From positions 4,030,001 to 4,094,000 of the forward strand of contig CM022673.1 of the NCBI GenBank assembly GCA_012295275.1: a stretch of 64,000 nucleotides of DNA, read 5' to 3'. Every line of letters starts with the position of its first letter. Within the stretch, counting starts at the first letter, position 1. A program made the position numbers and the translations under genes. The notes beneath the pieces were generated by a model, which worked only from the letters and a program-made list of their open reading frames with translations, did no database searches and was not told the DNA's origin. This document shows, one piece after another, positions 29,890-45,075 of the stretch. The DNA comes from Chrysomallon squamiferum (taxonomy: Eukaryota; Animalia; Mollusca).

Positions 29890-32695
29890 ATGGCGATGAG
29901 ACGAAGGGGAAGCTTTTTCAGGACCCTGAAGAATGTTGAGCCAGATTTCGATGACGTTATTCTTGACCGAGGTGCAGCTGCAGCTGCACAAAATAAATGG
30001 GTCTTTGAAATTGCATGGGAGGTTGCAAATAAAGGTTTGTTAGTTCATTTATAATACATCGGCTAAAACATTGTGATGTTAGTTTGTCTTAAAAGTTAAA
30101 TTACTTAAATATTTTTTTTTATCGGAGTCCAGTAAAAGCGTGTGTTGCATAATTCAGAATAATCTAATGCTGGTATATCAGATGGCTTTTCTTTCTCTCT
30201 GTCTTTGGAAACCTTGCAGTTTAGACTGAACTTCAAAGATTACTCAGCACAAGTTTGACTAAATATTTAGGTACTAGTTCAAATATCAAAAAAGAAAAAA
30301 AATCTTGCTGTTTAGATCAACCCATTGTTAGTAGATATTTTACATGAAATATTCCTATGATTTTTAATATTTAATCTCCTGGTGCAGATATAAAACAACT
30401 TTCACTTCTCAAAGATGTCAAATTTTATCAATACTGACATAGGTTGATAAGCTGCCATTATAATAACTGTGGTACCAGCAAATAATTTACTTGCATCTGT
30501 GAGTGGTGTCAAACTATTAATGGAGAAGTATATAGGCTTTTACTCTCAGATCAGTTTTGTTTATAAAATGAAATAAAATGTAATTTAACAAAAAAAGCCA
30601 TTTACATTTCAAAAAGTAATGGTTCTGCATAGTAGACTTATTTCAGGTACAAAATTGTCTGCACTCACATTGACTGTCATATCAACCAATTTTTCCTTGC
30701 CCTCAACATGGCCACTGTAATTGGCTTTATGAAGTTAGTTGCAAGGCTTTCATGTCTTCATGTTTATATTACTGACCCGCACAATCCATATTTCAGTGGA
30801 ATTTTTAGAAATGGGTGTTTACCCAAGAAGAGATAAGGAGTAAGTAGACAGACCTCCAGTTAAATTTATTGTTTATTATGAAATGTGAGGAGACAGATTT
30901 GTGAAAAGCTTCCTGTCACATTCAGCCTATTGACATATATTACTCAAGAAACACCTTTCAGATATACATTTGGGCAGAGTAAAATTAATTAATATTCATT
31001 ATTATATTATTAATGATTGTTATAATTTTAAAATATATCCAATGTTTTGTTCAAATTTCAGTGGGTGGAATTTACACAGTGATAAAAACAAAAGCTCCAA
31101 TGACAGTTGAAGAACTTGGAGAGCAGTATTGTTTGATGGGACCATACAATGAGTCTTGTGTACGAACAGAGGTTGAAATCCTTGAACCCCACAATTACAT
31201 ATTCAGAGACACCATTCAAACAATGAGAAATGCTGGAATTAAGGTAAATCATACCAAATTTAAAATAATTTAAATTATATATTTATTTGTTTTATTAATT
31301 TTAAAATTTTTAAACTTAAAGTAAAATGAGTGCCTTCATTATTATTTTTTTCGTCATTGCTATTTTTAATTTGTATACTTTAATAAAGTAAATGTATACT
31401 GTATAATGGCAAGTGTTATTTCATTCACAAATGTGTTGTAATGTTTTTTTCATTTGGCAATATATTATAAATATATAATAATTAATATATTTTATATCTA
31501 TATATATGTACTTTTAATGAGATACTCAAGAACATTTAATACATTTTTCACGTATATTACCATTTAATGACTATTCATTTGGTAGAAAGCAATAATAATT
31601 GATCAAAATATATATATATATAATGATATTAATATATATTTTAAAAACATAGTGATAAAAATGAATTATAATATCTGCAGTTGAAGACAGTTTCCTTGCT
31701 CTAAGTACTACATTTTTTTAAATATTACTTTTGGTTATTTATAAAATGCTTGATTTTCATCCATATTTTTTATTTTTTTTTATTTCATTTTGAAAATTGT
31801 ATAATTGTGGTTTAATTTTTAATTAAAATTTTTGTTACATTTCAGAAAACAAATGTGATTTATGATTATATTAATTTGTTAAAAGTAGTAATAATAATAA
31901 TAATAATAATAATCATATTTATCGTTTATGATTATATTTTAATATTCTATTTTTAGGTTTTCTTTGGACGTTGGTTGATAGATGGTTATCCAAAAGTCAT
32001 CTTGTTTGATATTGGATCTGCAGCTTGGAAGCTTGATGAATTTAAGCATGAATTGTGGGAAGCTTGTAATGTTGGGATTCCTTGGCATGACAGAGAAGCC
32101 AATGATGCAGTTATTTTTGGAGCACTCGTTGCCTGGTTTATTGGAGAGGTATTATATCATAATGATGTACTTTAACTTTTAAGTGATTGAATGCTTTCAG
32201 CACAAAGAAAACATCTATTGTAAGCTGTCAGCTAAATGATAAATGATGGAGATTAATTTTCAGTAGAAGAAGAATGAATTAACTGAATGTTGGCTAATGA
32301 AAGCTAAATGTAAATAATAAATGATGAATAGATATTAATCCAAATATCTAGTTCTTTAAACAAATGTGTTTGTTCATAGTGATCATTATTTTTTTTCATA
32401 TGATTTAGTATTTTGTACCTTGTTGACATTAGTAAAGAGAGTGGATTTTGTTTTTATGCTGTTAAATTTTTCCTTTTTAATACAAATTAAGTATTAAAGG
32501 TCAAAATTAATAACACTGAGTGTGGGTTCATGCATCTGTAACATTATATTCATAAATTGTCATGTTTAATAATTTTTAATTTAATACATTTTTATTTATT
32601 TAATCTTTTTTTCTGAATTTTATAATAATTAAATTTATTGTTAATTAATTAATTAATTATTATTATTATTATTATTAATATTGTTGTTGTTGTTA

Positions 32696-32731
<36 letters not shown>

Positions 32732-35700
32732 TTTATTTTTATTAGTTTTAATTATTATTATTTTTTATTTTTTTTTTGCTAGTTTTACAAGAACTGTCCT
32801 GGAGAACCACTGATTATTACACATTTCCATGAGTGGCTGGCTGGTGTTGGGTTGTTGTACCTGCGTACAAGGAACATAGACTGCAGCACTATTTTCACAA
32901 CACATGCCACACTGCTGGGCCGATATCTCTGTGCTGGCAAATCTGACTTCTACAACAACCTTGACAAGGTTAAAGTAATCACTAAATACCTAAAATTATA
33001 TTCTCATTAGCCACAAATGTTAACCTTTGAGGTTTTTTTTAGATATTGCCTTTTGTTTTGTTTTTATAATTAATTATATTAATCCTGTACAATTGAAAAT
33101 TCTGATTTGTTATCTTCACCAACCAGTATTTTATTTTTAAATAAAATTTATAATAACAGAATCAATAATTAAGAGTTCAATAAATAACCTAAATCTTATT
33201 TATTTTGAAACATTTCCTCAAAAATTATTTTCATATAAGTTTCATCAGGTTTTTTTGTTTTTTTCAATTAAAATTGTCTCAAATTGAAAGTCAGGTGTTT
33301 ATAAACTATAGTCTGTTAACCTATATATATGCTGGCAATAATGTGCATATGTAACATTGCAAGGTCAGATAAGGAATAAAACTAATAGAAGACTTTTAAC
33401 AAAATGTAAACATGTTCCATTTATTTTAGTATAACTTGGACAAAGAAGCAGGAGACAGGCAGATTTATCACAGATACTGCATGGAAAGAGCAGCTGTCCA
33501 TTGTACACATATTTTCGCCACAGTTTCTGAAATAACTGGCATAGAGGCTGAGCATCTACTACACAGAAAACCAGGTACATTGTTAATGAGCTGATAATCC
33601 CAATAATAAATTAACATTAAATATGCATTTACTGGACAGAGTGATTGGAATTGTTCTTGTATTCTTTTTCTTTCACCTGAATATTCTGCAGTAAACCAAT
33701 TTCATTTGGCTGAGGTAGATTTTGTGTTTGTAGAGAAATTATTTTCTTAAAATCTCTATTTGCAGCAATGTTGAAAATGGCACTTTTTATGTATATATTC
33801 ATATATTCAGTTTCACAGAATACAAAGATACATGTGCTAAATGTGTACATTTTATTTTCAGATGTTATAACACCTAATGGACTGAATGTTATCAAATTTA
33901 GTGCCCTTCATGAGTTTCAGAATCTACATGCTGTCTACAAAGAAAAAATCGCAGATTTTATTAGAGGACATTTTTATGGGTAAATTCATTTACTGTTACC
34001 ATATCAAAATATTGTTTTATTTTGTAAGTAGTAGATTTTAATGTTAAGTACATAATTGTGCTGTTTAATGAATATTAGAGTTCCTTGCTTAAAATATTTG
34101 AAAAGTAATCATTTATATGTATTAGTTTGAATAATTTAAATGCAATTTTTAAAATTAATTCTGCATTATTTTTCTTTTTTTCAGTCATTATGATTTTGAT
34201 CTCGACAAGACATTATATTTCTTCATAGCAGGACGGTACGAGTTTTCAAACAAAGGTGTTGACATGTTTATTGAAGCTTTAGCTCGGCTAAATCATTTCA
34301 TGAAGGTAAGAATGTTTTCAAATTTATATTTTAATATTGATTTCTTTTTTTCTTTCTTTTTTTTTTGTATTTTGAAATAGAACAATAATGACTGAAAATT
34401 GTTTATTTGAATATTTTCTTTGATAGCAGTTTCCTTTTCAAATGTCACACCAACTAGACAGTCATATACAGTATCAAATATTCTGAACCATGAAGCAGAA
34501 TGAAAAAGTATTTAAACTTTGTAAACTTTTTACATCAACAGAATTCCTAATTAATAGTCTTGCACCAGCTCTGAAAGTATTGACACATTTTGTTATGGCA
34601 CATAAAAAAAAAAAGTCCTTTTCATTAATGGCTAAATATAAAAAGGATGCTTATTATTCTTAGATGCAGATTTCTTTGTAGATAATAAGATTAGAAAATC
34701 AAAATATTAATTAATATTAAATTGTTTTGAATACTGTCTTTATGTATAAATAATTTTTGATTTCAGGAAGCTGGAAGTGAAATGACTGTTGTGGCCTTCA
34801 TGATTCTTCCTGCCAGAACAAACAACTTCAACGTAGAATCTCTCAGAGGACAAGCCATTGCCAAACAACTGAAGGAAACAGTCAACCATGTACAGAACCA
34901 AATAGGCAAAAGAATATTTGAAATATGTTTGCAGTACGTTCCATCCTTTGTAATCATTAATGAAATAATTTTCTGATTCTTGTTTAAACTCATCAAATAT
35001 AAATTTAGTGGCTATTTAATTAACTAACTTGTTAGTATATTCTCTATCACAAAATGCTAAAAATCAAGAAAAAAAGTAGTAAATGATAAAATATATAAAA
35101 TATATATTTGTTTTCTTTTTCTGTTTACTTCACTATTAATATAAACTGTATTATATAATTCTCATAATTAAAAATATTCAAAAATGGTACATATTTTTGT
35201 GATAACTATTTTAAAAGTCATAAAATACTTTTTCTTTGGCTATTTACTTATAAACTGTATCAGGTAATTCTGATAAATAAAAAATAATTATTAAAAGTTA
35301 TTAATTGTTTTTTTGTGTGTTTTTTTCAGAGGCAAGTTGCCAACTGGTGATGATTTGTTAGAACAAGATGATATTGTTCGTCTTAAAAGATGTATCTTTG
35401 CAGCACAGGTATTTATTTCTTAATAGCCTATTACATTTGACTCTCTTTTTTTCACTGAAATACTTATTGTTCATTTAATACGTGCATAAATAATCAAGAC
35501 ATTTTATTATTCTACATAATGTGTAGTTTAGATCTTTTAAATGTGAATTATTTTAAAATAATCCGAAGATAAAAAAATTTGATTCTGGTATTTATTATTA
35601 TTACTAAACTTGCTTTTGCCAGTTTTTTATTTTTAATTTTTTCCGCTTTCATTGTATTTTCAAGTTTTTATTAATTGATGTTCTTTATGGTATTATTTGA

Positions 35701-38009
35701 TAATTTAGTTTTTCAATTTCAGAGACAAAGTTTACCACCTATATGCACCCACAACGTGATTGATGATTACAATGACCAGGTGTTGAATGCTTTGCGCAGG
35801 TGTCGACTTTTCAACAACAGAGATGACAGGGTCAAAGTATGTTCATTCGCAAATCTTGATGATTTCAAGTCAAAAAAAAAAAAAAAAATTTTTAGAATGG
35901 CTGAGAAGAGAAAATTAATTATCATCACTGGTCATCAGGTTTCCACATATATTTTATATGTCTACATGTCAAATGATGTTAAAATTAAAAAGAAAAAAGA
36001 AAATTACTATTTTTATAACATCATATTAACAGAATAGTGATTTGAATAAAAGTGTGTCATAGTCTTCATGCATTTCAGGACTAAAAATCTTTTTTTAAAA
36101 TCTATTTCAGGTCATTTTCCACCCAGAGTTTCTGAACTCTACAAATCCACTGTTTGGATTAGATTATGAAGATTTTGTCCGTGGATGTCATCTTGGTGTT
36201 TTCCCCTCATATTACGAGCCATGGGGATACACCCCAGGTAAACAGTAACAAAATTGTAGAATAAATTGGGTTCTCAGTTCATCTTGTATTTTTAAATATA
36301 ATATATCTAATCAGTCAAGGAGTCTTAGTTTTTTTTTATTCCTTTGATTTGTTGTCATCTGATTTGCAGTGTTTTCTTTATGTTTGGTTGTTGTTAAATA
36401 TTAATTTTTTCCTTACACATGTTTGTTATATTTCAGCACTGATATATTTTTGATCTTTCACCACCCATTTTTTTTCTTTCTTTGTAAATGTGATGTTTTG
36501 AGTTGTGTTGTTTTTTTTTTTTTTGCAATAATAATTATTTTTATAATTTTTTTTTTTTTTAATCATTGTAGTATATATTTTGAGTATTTTATTACTTTTT
36601 TTATTATTTATTTGTTCTTTATTTTACCTCAGTTATTTTGTTTTGATTTTGATACCAGGATTTTAAACATTTTCTGACTCTTTTTCACCAGCTGAGTGCA
36701 CTGTGATGGGAATTCCCAGCATCACAACAAACCTCTCAGGATTTGGTTGTTTCATGTATGACCATATAGCTGATCCCAAGTCTTACGGCATCTACATCAT
36801 TGACCGACGCTTCAAGAGCCCAGAAGAATCGGTCCAGATGTTAGCTCAGGTATGTTATAAAAAAATATATATATATAAATAGATATTTATGGCATGAATG
36901 TGTGTGTGTGTGTACACACAATGTTCATTGTTGATTTTCTGTTTTAAAATTAATTGACATAAAACTATACAGTCTGGATGATGAATTTTAAATCTGTTAT
37001 ATTTTCTCCTAATATCTGTTAAATTACATTTTATTATCCTTTTTTATACTGTAATGATTATTTATGGAACTTTTTCGTTTTAATTCTATTTTTGGTTATG
37101 AATTTTTATTATTTTATTTAAATTTCACTTAATTTCATTATTATTATTATTTTTATTTTTAAAAAATTTTAATTTTTTTAATATTTTTTTTTCAGAATAT
37201 GTTTGACTTCACCTGTTTGTCCAGAAGACAGAGGATTATTCAAAGAAACAGAACAGAACGACTCAGTGAACTGCTGGACTGGCGTAACCTGGGTGTGGTG
37301 AGGGCCTTTATTTCTTATTACAATTTTCTCCTGTAATGCAGGTTTTTTTAAGTGTTTATAAATACCTAAACATCCATATTATTTATTCATTCATTCATTC
37401 ATTTATTATTATTATTATTATTTATAAATTTTTCTAGTTTCTCAAATGCCTCTAAATCAGTTATTATTATTTTTTTCTGTCTGTCTCTTATTCATTATTT
37501 CCTTTGTAAAATCTCATTCTTCTTTTCTTTCTTTTTTAACATCAGTTGCTTCTTATTTTTCACTTTAACTTATAAAAATATTTTTACATTCTTAACTCAG
37601 AAACCAGAAAATGTTTCTGTTTTTTAAATGTGGGTTTGTTTTGTCTTTATTTTTCTGTATAATCCTAACTTCGTACACTTGTAACTAAAAGCTAATTGTT
37701 AATATATTTTACAGTATTACCGCAAGGCACGATCTGCAGCACTGAAGAAAACTCACCCCGAAGCTTGTCTTGATGACAGCATCTCAGTAAGTATCATGTC
37801 AGAAAATGTATTATTATTATTATTATTATTATTATTTCTGTCATTTTGAAATTTAATTACATTTTTTTATTAAAAAGATGCACTTGAACACTCTTGTTAG
37901 AACGAGTAATTCCACTGTTAATTAAACATTTATTTTATTTTTATTATTGTATAAGTGACCTGCATTTAGCATCATTTTAATTAATGTTGTTGTGTTTTGT
38001 TTGTTATTC

Positions 38010-38045
<36 letters not shown>

Positions 38046-38336
38046 TTGAAGGGCAAGCACTTTCAGTATCCGAAACCGGCATCAGAACCATCATCCCCTT
38101 CAATGTCAAGATCGTCGACACCACCTGTATCAGACAATGAGGTGAACGATTTTGAAGATGAGGATGAAGAGGAAGAAGAGGACTTCATGCAGCACCATGA
38201 TCAACCCCAGAAGTCTCCTGAAAAAACTCCAGAAAAAAAGCATGTGGCGCCAGCACAAAACAAAGGGAAGGTTCACGAGAAGAAGGAGCCGGAACATGCA
38301 AAGGACAAAGAGAAACATGTTCATGATAAAAAATAG
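29890..38336 (+). CDS. GYS1: Glycogen [starch] synthase (GT3 family)
   Basis: 15 exons: 29890-30034, 31062-31243, 31957-32148, 32783-32968, 33430-33574, 33862-33979, 34185-34305, 34767-34933, 35330-35408, 35723-35836, 36111-36237, 36692-36849, 37196-37297, 37715-37786, 38052-38336 (2193 nt, 730 aa). Motifs: [49 protein letters not shown], the G6P-sensing [13 protein letters not shown], and the phosphosite cluster [23 protein letters not shown]. It is not specifically orthologous to GYS1 versus GYS2. Confidence 0.98.
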
Positions 38337-39707
38337 TCTGAATGGTAAATCAGTTTAGAATGAAAAATGAAGAATATATCAGCTGTTTTAGGTTAGTGTA
38401 ACTGTGCATAGGACATAATTAAAAACACTTTTAGATTTTTTTTTTTTTTTTTTTTTTAAATTTATATATTTATATATATCAAGTTGTGTTTTTGGCAGTA
38501 ACTTCAGTTAAAGAAAATGTACAAGGAGTTAAAGTTTGTTTAATGCAGAATGTTAATGAGAACATGAATAACTAGTTTATGTTTAGTATAACTGTTTGTT
38601 TTACTTCTACCAAGTTGTGTTTGTTATAGCAAGCCAGGATTGTGTTAAATGTCATTATCCTAGTCTTTCATGTAATCTTTTTGCTTCCAATAACAGATTT
38701 ATTTATGGTAACAGCATTTTAGTTTCCACAAAAAGAACATATTTATCCATTTATAAAGAATGCAGTCATGAATGATTTTGGCTGTCATATTTGTTTTCTT
38801 AAAAATATAACTTAAATAACATACCAGTGTATTAATTTGTTTGTTTTTTTCTGATGTGAAGACAAATTAACTCAACAAACCAAATATTGAACTTAAGAAA
38901 TCCAGTTTATTATGTTATCCTTTGTTACAAAACACTTAAAAATGTTGGGCAAAAGCTTTTAAGACATACTACTACATAGTTATTATATACTGTGAAAATA
39001 ATTGTATAATACACAAGTGTTTTAGTTAGACTATAAGAATATATGTAAATAAATAAATATTACCTACTTAACTTTATTTAAAGATTGACATAAAAAAAAA
39101 AAATCACTAGTTTAAAATGTGACTGGACAGCTTAACATGATATGCATTTTAAATTTTGTAAAATATACTTTGTATTTACTAGTCAGAGAATATAGTATTC
39201 AATTTTTCCTGATAATTTCATTTGTACTGTTGACAACAAAGCAAGGGACATAAATACTGGTTCTGCAGTGAGGTTTTACAGAAATTCTTCAGTTGTGTTT
39301 GAGCAATGATTTGACTGGCTTGCAGACATCGTCACATTACTGGCATTAATAAATCATTATTTAACCATGGCTCAACTAGTCTTAAAAACTAAAATGGATT
39401 TTATTTATTATGCTCTTGCAACACTTTATTCAGGTGACCAAAGAGATGTCACTAAAAAGCCTAATACTGGTTCTCTCTGCAATACTTTGATATCACTGTC
39501 ATGAATTTTATGTTATCTTCACTGCATAAACATTTAATGTGCATTATTTTCCCTTAGCTTGTTGTGAATAGTATAACTAGAACAAAAATTTATTTTTCGT
39601 GTGATAGTTTTGTGTTAGTTAACTAACAAAATAGAAGTGTTACGAAGTGATCAAATGTATTTCTTTATGTATTAACTGATATATAAAAACATTTTTTGTT
39701 TATTCTA

Positions 39708-39708
39708 T

Positions 39709-39750
<42 letters not shown>

Positions 39751-39769
39751 CACAGAGAGACAGAGAGAG
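39708..39769. repeat. (TG)n(AG)n compound microsatellite
   Basis: Directly visible. Confidence 0.9.
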
Positions 39770-40410
39770 TAGGTTATATTATGCTGTTATTTAATTCTCT
39801 AACTCGTATATATTCATTAGCTTGATTCAGTTTTAGCACAGTGCACCTTTTGTACTTACATAGTTCATGATACAAAATTTATTAGATCTAAAGTGCCAAT
39901 GACTTAGTGAATAACTCTGTTTTTACAAACCTTAATAAATTAGTTACATTTATTGCTTTATAATTCAGTGCTGTATTTATATGATAATATGGTGCTAATG
40001 TTTAAATACATAAAGGGTTTTGAGGTTTTTTTTTGTTTCCTTGTAATTTTTACAATATAACAATTACCATCCACTAGTTAACTTATTTCTTGTGTTTTTT
40101 TAGTGCTAATGAAATTCTATTTTTTGTTTTTTTCCAACACTGGATGTTATTTTATTATTATTATGATTATTATTATTACTTCTACTACTACTTGAAACAA
40201 GTAAAAGTGAAAAATAATAGAAGTGTAATTTGTATTTTTAAATTTGATTGCCATCAGTTTTATTGTTACTGTATTCAATTAAGCTTTCAGTGCTAAAAGA
40301 AGTTTACGAAAATTATACACCTTATCAGGTCATAGCTTCTTGTATTTGGAATTTGTTTTCATTTTAGTTGCACATTGTTGTTACAACACAAACTATATTT
40401 TGTTGAAAAC

Positions 40411-40434
40411 ATATATATATCTATCTATCTATAT

Positions 40435-40476
<42 letters not shown>
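40411..40476. repeat. (TA)n microsatellite
   Basis: Directly visible. Confidence 0.9.
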
Positions 40477-40478
<2 letters not shown>

Positions 40479-43400
40479 TTACCCTCCCATATTTTGGTGC
40501 ATTTAGTTTATTAAGTTAAATTTTGTATAATTCTGTTAATGTTTCTGATTATTTAGAAACCAATTCTGTGTTACTATTATAACAGTTTGTTTCTGTGGCC
40601 ATAAAGGGATACTTTTATTTTTTATATGAATAGAAATATGTTTGAGGTTTTATGCTTTGTTTCACATCTGATGGGCATTCATACATATTGTTTATTATTA
40701 CAATCATTATCATTATAGTTTATTTACTTTCATTTACTTTCATTTCAGATAAATAGTGATTAAAAGTGTCAAAATACTTACATAATCTTTTTGTTTCCAG
40801 CATATTAGAACTCTGTTAACAAAGTTTTTTTAATTTTGATTTAATTTTTACCTTGCCACTGCCTGTTAACAAGTATTACCAATGACAGTAATTTAGTGTC
40901 ATAAACTATAGTTAATGTGTGGAGAAATGTTTTTCATTTGTGTTTATAAGTAACAGCTAAGTGCAAAACACTATTTTGAAGAGTTATTTTCATAAATAAA
41001 AGCTGCATGCCTATTCTTAAAATTATTCCAGTGGATCAGTTTTTAGGGCAGTGGACAAAACATAAGTGTCTAGATTTTTAATTTTCTTTCTTTCTTTTTT
41101 CTTTCTTTTTTTTAATATATTTAATTATACTAATTTCATTTTTAAATAACACTGTTTCTTGTTGTTAGTTTTTATTGAAATGACTCTTATTATTTTTAAT
41201 TTTATTTAATACATTGTTAATATACCAAAGTAAAATTTATAAGATACTTATTGTTAATTCACACAGCGTTAATAATGATTTTTGTTGTTATTTTGAAAAT
41301 TTAAATTAATTCTCAGTGAAATGAAATCAATTAATACTGTCAATTAAAATATTTACAATTCCAATAACATTACTTTTTTTTATTTTATTTTTGTTGTCAT
41401 TGTTTGTATTTTAGTAATGATAGATCTATGTACAGCTTAATAGTTTTGTATATAAATTGTGTATTGTTAAAATGTTTAACCGAGTTGTGATATTTATATT
41501 AGTTATATATTGTCATATGTCCAGTGTTAAAACATCTTTCTGACAGTTTAGTTAGTCCTGAAGACATTGTTATCTTGTGCAAAACATAATTTCATGATTA
41601 ATCTGGAATAATTGCATAAATTTACACCCTTATTGTAAATTTTTAATTCAGCCTAGTTCCATTACTTCAGGTGTTATTTTGCACTAAGCACAGTTTTACT
41701 GTGTAAGATAAATTCAGAAATTCTGAATTATAAAAATTTATAGATGATATTGTTTAAAATATTGTTTGCTGAACTGTATTTAGCATTAAGCAAATTAATA
41801 TACATAATAAAACAATTAGCAGGTGTCGTTTATCAAGTGTAAACATATATACGTAACACACACACACACACACACATACACATCAGTATTCAGTATATAA
41901 ATAATAAAACCCATGTACATGACTACCTTGGAATTCCTTATTCAGCTTGAAGCCTTATTAGTGAAGATGGAAGATTTGAACGTGAGTTACTGTTGTACAT
42001 GCTTGCTATTAACATACATTATTATTATTATTATTATTTTATTTATTATTATTTTTAAAAGTTTGTAAATAGATGTGTTAGGAATAAAACAATAGAACAT
42101 GAGTAAAAAAACTGTAAAAGTTTGATGTGTGAAATCACAATATTTTTTGGTTTGATTCTGATCTGCCTCGATCCATGTTTACCTCTGGCATGTAATAGAC
42201 AATCTTGTGTATTTGTGTAAATAATAAATAAATAAATAAATAAATATTTCGATACACGATAGTCCAAATGTACAGATGTATATTTTTCATGTTAGAAACA
42301 TGTTTTTTCATGTCGTTACCTCCACATAATGCATTTCAGTATATCTGGTTCTTCACTTTAAAATACTTTTAAAAAGACTGGTTTGTGTGTAATGTTAGAA
42401 AATTATATCTTTATTAACACCGAATTATAGTTTGAAAATATATAGACCAAATTGTTGAGTTTAATAATTCTTGATATGATAAATGTTTGGTTGTTGTTGT
42501 TGTTTTTTTGTGGTTTTTTAAATGAGCACAGACTGATAATAGGAGTGAATAATGTGTGTAATACTTACTGTGTCATAATCATGATAAAAACATATTAAAA
42601 TAATATTAATTTATTGGTGTTTTTTGTGTTCTTTGTCCAAGAGATAATTTCATTGTAATGTGAAGGTAATGAAATTTTGTTTTGTTTCTCCCCTGAAAGC
42701 TAGGTAACTGGAAGAAAGTTTTAAAAATTTAGGTTTCATAATAAAAGTTAAACTACGTAACATAAAAAATAAAATGTCAGATTTCGTAAAACAAAAGATA
42801 CAATTTAGATGGTCATGCAAGAATTCCATTAATATGTATTTTAATATTAAAGATCTGGTTGAAATTTCATATGTGAATATCTTTAAAATGTCAGAAGATA
42901 ATCCTAGTTAACTACAGTTAAATAAATGCCCAAATTTGCATGGAACCTATGATCTTATCATTGTATCTGTGATAAATACCAAGTATTCAGTTTTTCTGGA
43001 TGTTGATAATTAATGGACCACTATGTAAAACACTTCTAAGCTTGACTAATATTATGTTTTAATGAATTGTCTTAAATCATTAAAATCTTATAAGGAGTCA
43101 TGAATTAATTCAGATGTAAATAAATCTTACATTCATCATGTACTACAGTTAACAACAACAACAAAACAAAAATGCTTTTACAGCCATTTTATTTGAAATT
43201 CTTAATAACACTAACGTACCAGAAGGAGAAAAAACATCTGTTCGTAAACTATGGTATTTTCTAATGTTTTTTATTAAAAAAATACAGCCTTGCAAATGCA
43301 TCCATACATCAAAACATCCATACATCAATAGCACAAGCACACAGGAAAACACATCATTTTCACAAAACATCCCTACTTCTTATGTTTAACAATGACAATC

Positions 43401-45075
43401 ACGTCACAAAAGTTAAAAAAGCTAAATCTGCATATAATTTTTTTTACTTTTAACAATGATGTAACCACTATTACAAAAGTTTTAAAATGCTAAATCCATA
43501 TAAAAAAGTTTTTTTATAATCTAATATAAATTTAATAAAATGTTTAAACTGATTTTTAAAAATGTATCACATTTAAGCTTGTTCAAAAATTATATTGAAA
43601 TATTTTGTAAATACATACCTAGCAACACTATAAGCTTTGTAATTCAATCTAATAATAACAATAAACATTTCTATAGTTAAAAAGTGATCCATTTTTAGGC
43701 TTAAACAATCTTTAATAATTAAGATTTAATGCCAGTCATATTCTATAATAAAGCTATTCAAAAATATAAACTGGGAATGTTTACAAATGTAAAACTTGTA
43801 TCATTATTAAGATGATGGTGATCTTTTAGAACTTAAATAAGATTTTTCTGTTAAATCTTTTGAATACTTGTAATTGTGAATAGCAAAGAATAGGGGGATC
43901 CTTTTAACATGATTTTTTTGATAAATAAAAATAAGACACCAGTTTCACTGAATTCAGAAAGAAACAATTCCAAATAACTACATGTATATAGGTTTGATCT
44001 ATTTTTTATTTTATATTTTAAAAGCTTTAGTAAAAAAATGTTACATGTCTATCAATGACACCATCAATAGAAATTTTATGATATTTCACAAATGAAATAT
44101 AAACTTACATCCTTTCAAACCTTACATGTAAAAAATGTTACGTGTAAAAAAAAATATTTGTATAAATGGTCTTTGTCAAACCCGTGACAGTTATATTAAA
44201 TGCCATGATAATGTTCTTTCCTATCTGTACAAAATTGAAAAGCTAGTAACTGAATAACAGGTTTTCTCTCTTATATTATCATCATACAAAACCCCCTCAA
44301 ATGTTTGTCATTTTCTTTTAATTATACATACAAAATAAATGTTGTCATTAAACATTCATTTATTCTTAAAAACCTTTTTTTGCTATGTGATTCATGTTCA
44401 GTTTAAAATTTTACTAGTTCAATATCTTTATTAGTTTTGACTGGTTTTAGGCTGTTCCCAAAGCATAAATGGATATATATATATATATTATTTCTATAAA
44501 TATTATATAAGAAAACAAAAAAATCTGCATTGTTTTCAGTTTCTGTTACTGTAAATAAAACCTAGTTCTGTTATAATAATATAACATGCTACTGATTCCT
44601 ACCACTCTATGCATATATATTTAACTGAATCATTATAAACAGTAAATGAAATTCTGCATAATATCATATGTACATCTTTAAAAATTGAGATCACAGATTT
44701 TATTTTTTAATGGATGAATATAATGACTGTTGATTTACGATGCTGCTCACAGTAATTTTCATATTAATGATATCTTCTGGTAATATCACAAATACAGGTA
44801 TTCAGACTTTGTTCACATGATTCTTTTTAACAATGATCACAACTTTATCTGGTCATAATAAACCATTGATGTATTTCAACCTTATCTGGTCATAATAAAC
44901 CTGTTTTATCACATGACTTTTTTTTATCACTAATTGAACGTCACTGTCATGAAGATTCACGTCATGTTTATATTTAAAATGTAAAAATGTCTTTTACAAC
45001 ACTAAATAAATTTGGCTTCTTGCTTTTTTATTTATTTTTTAAAATTATTATTATTATTCAAATGTATCTGAAAAA

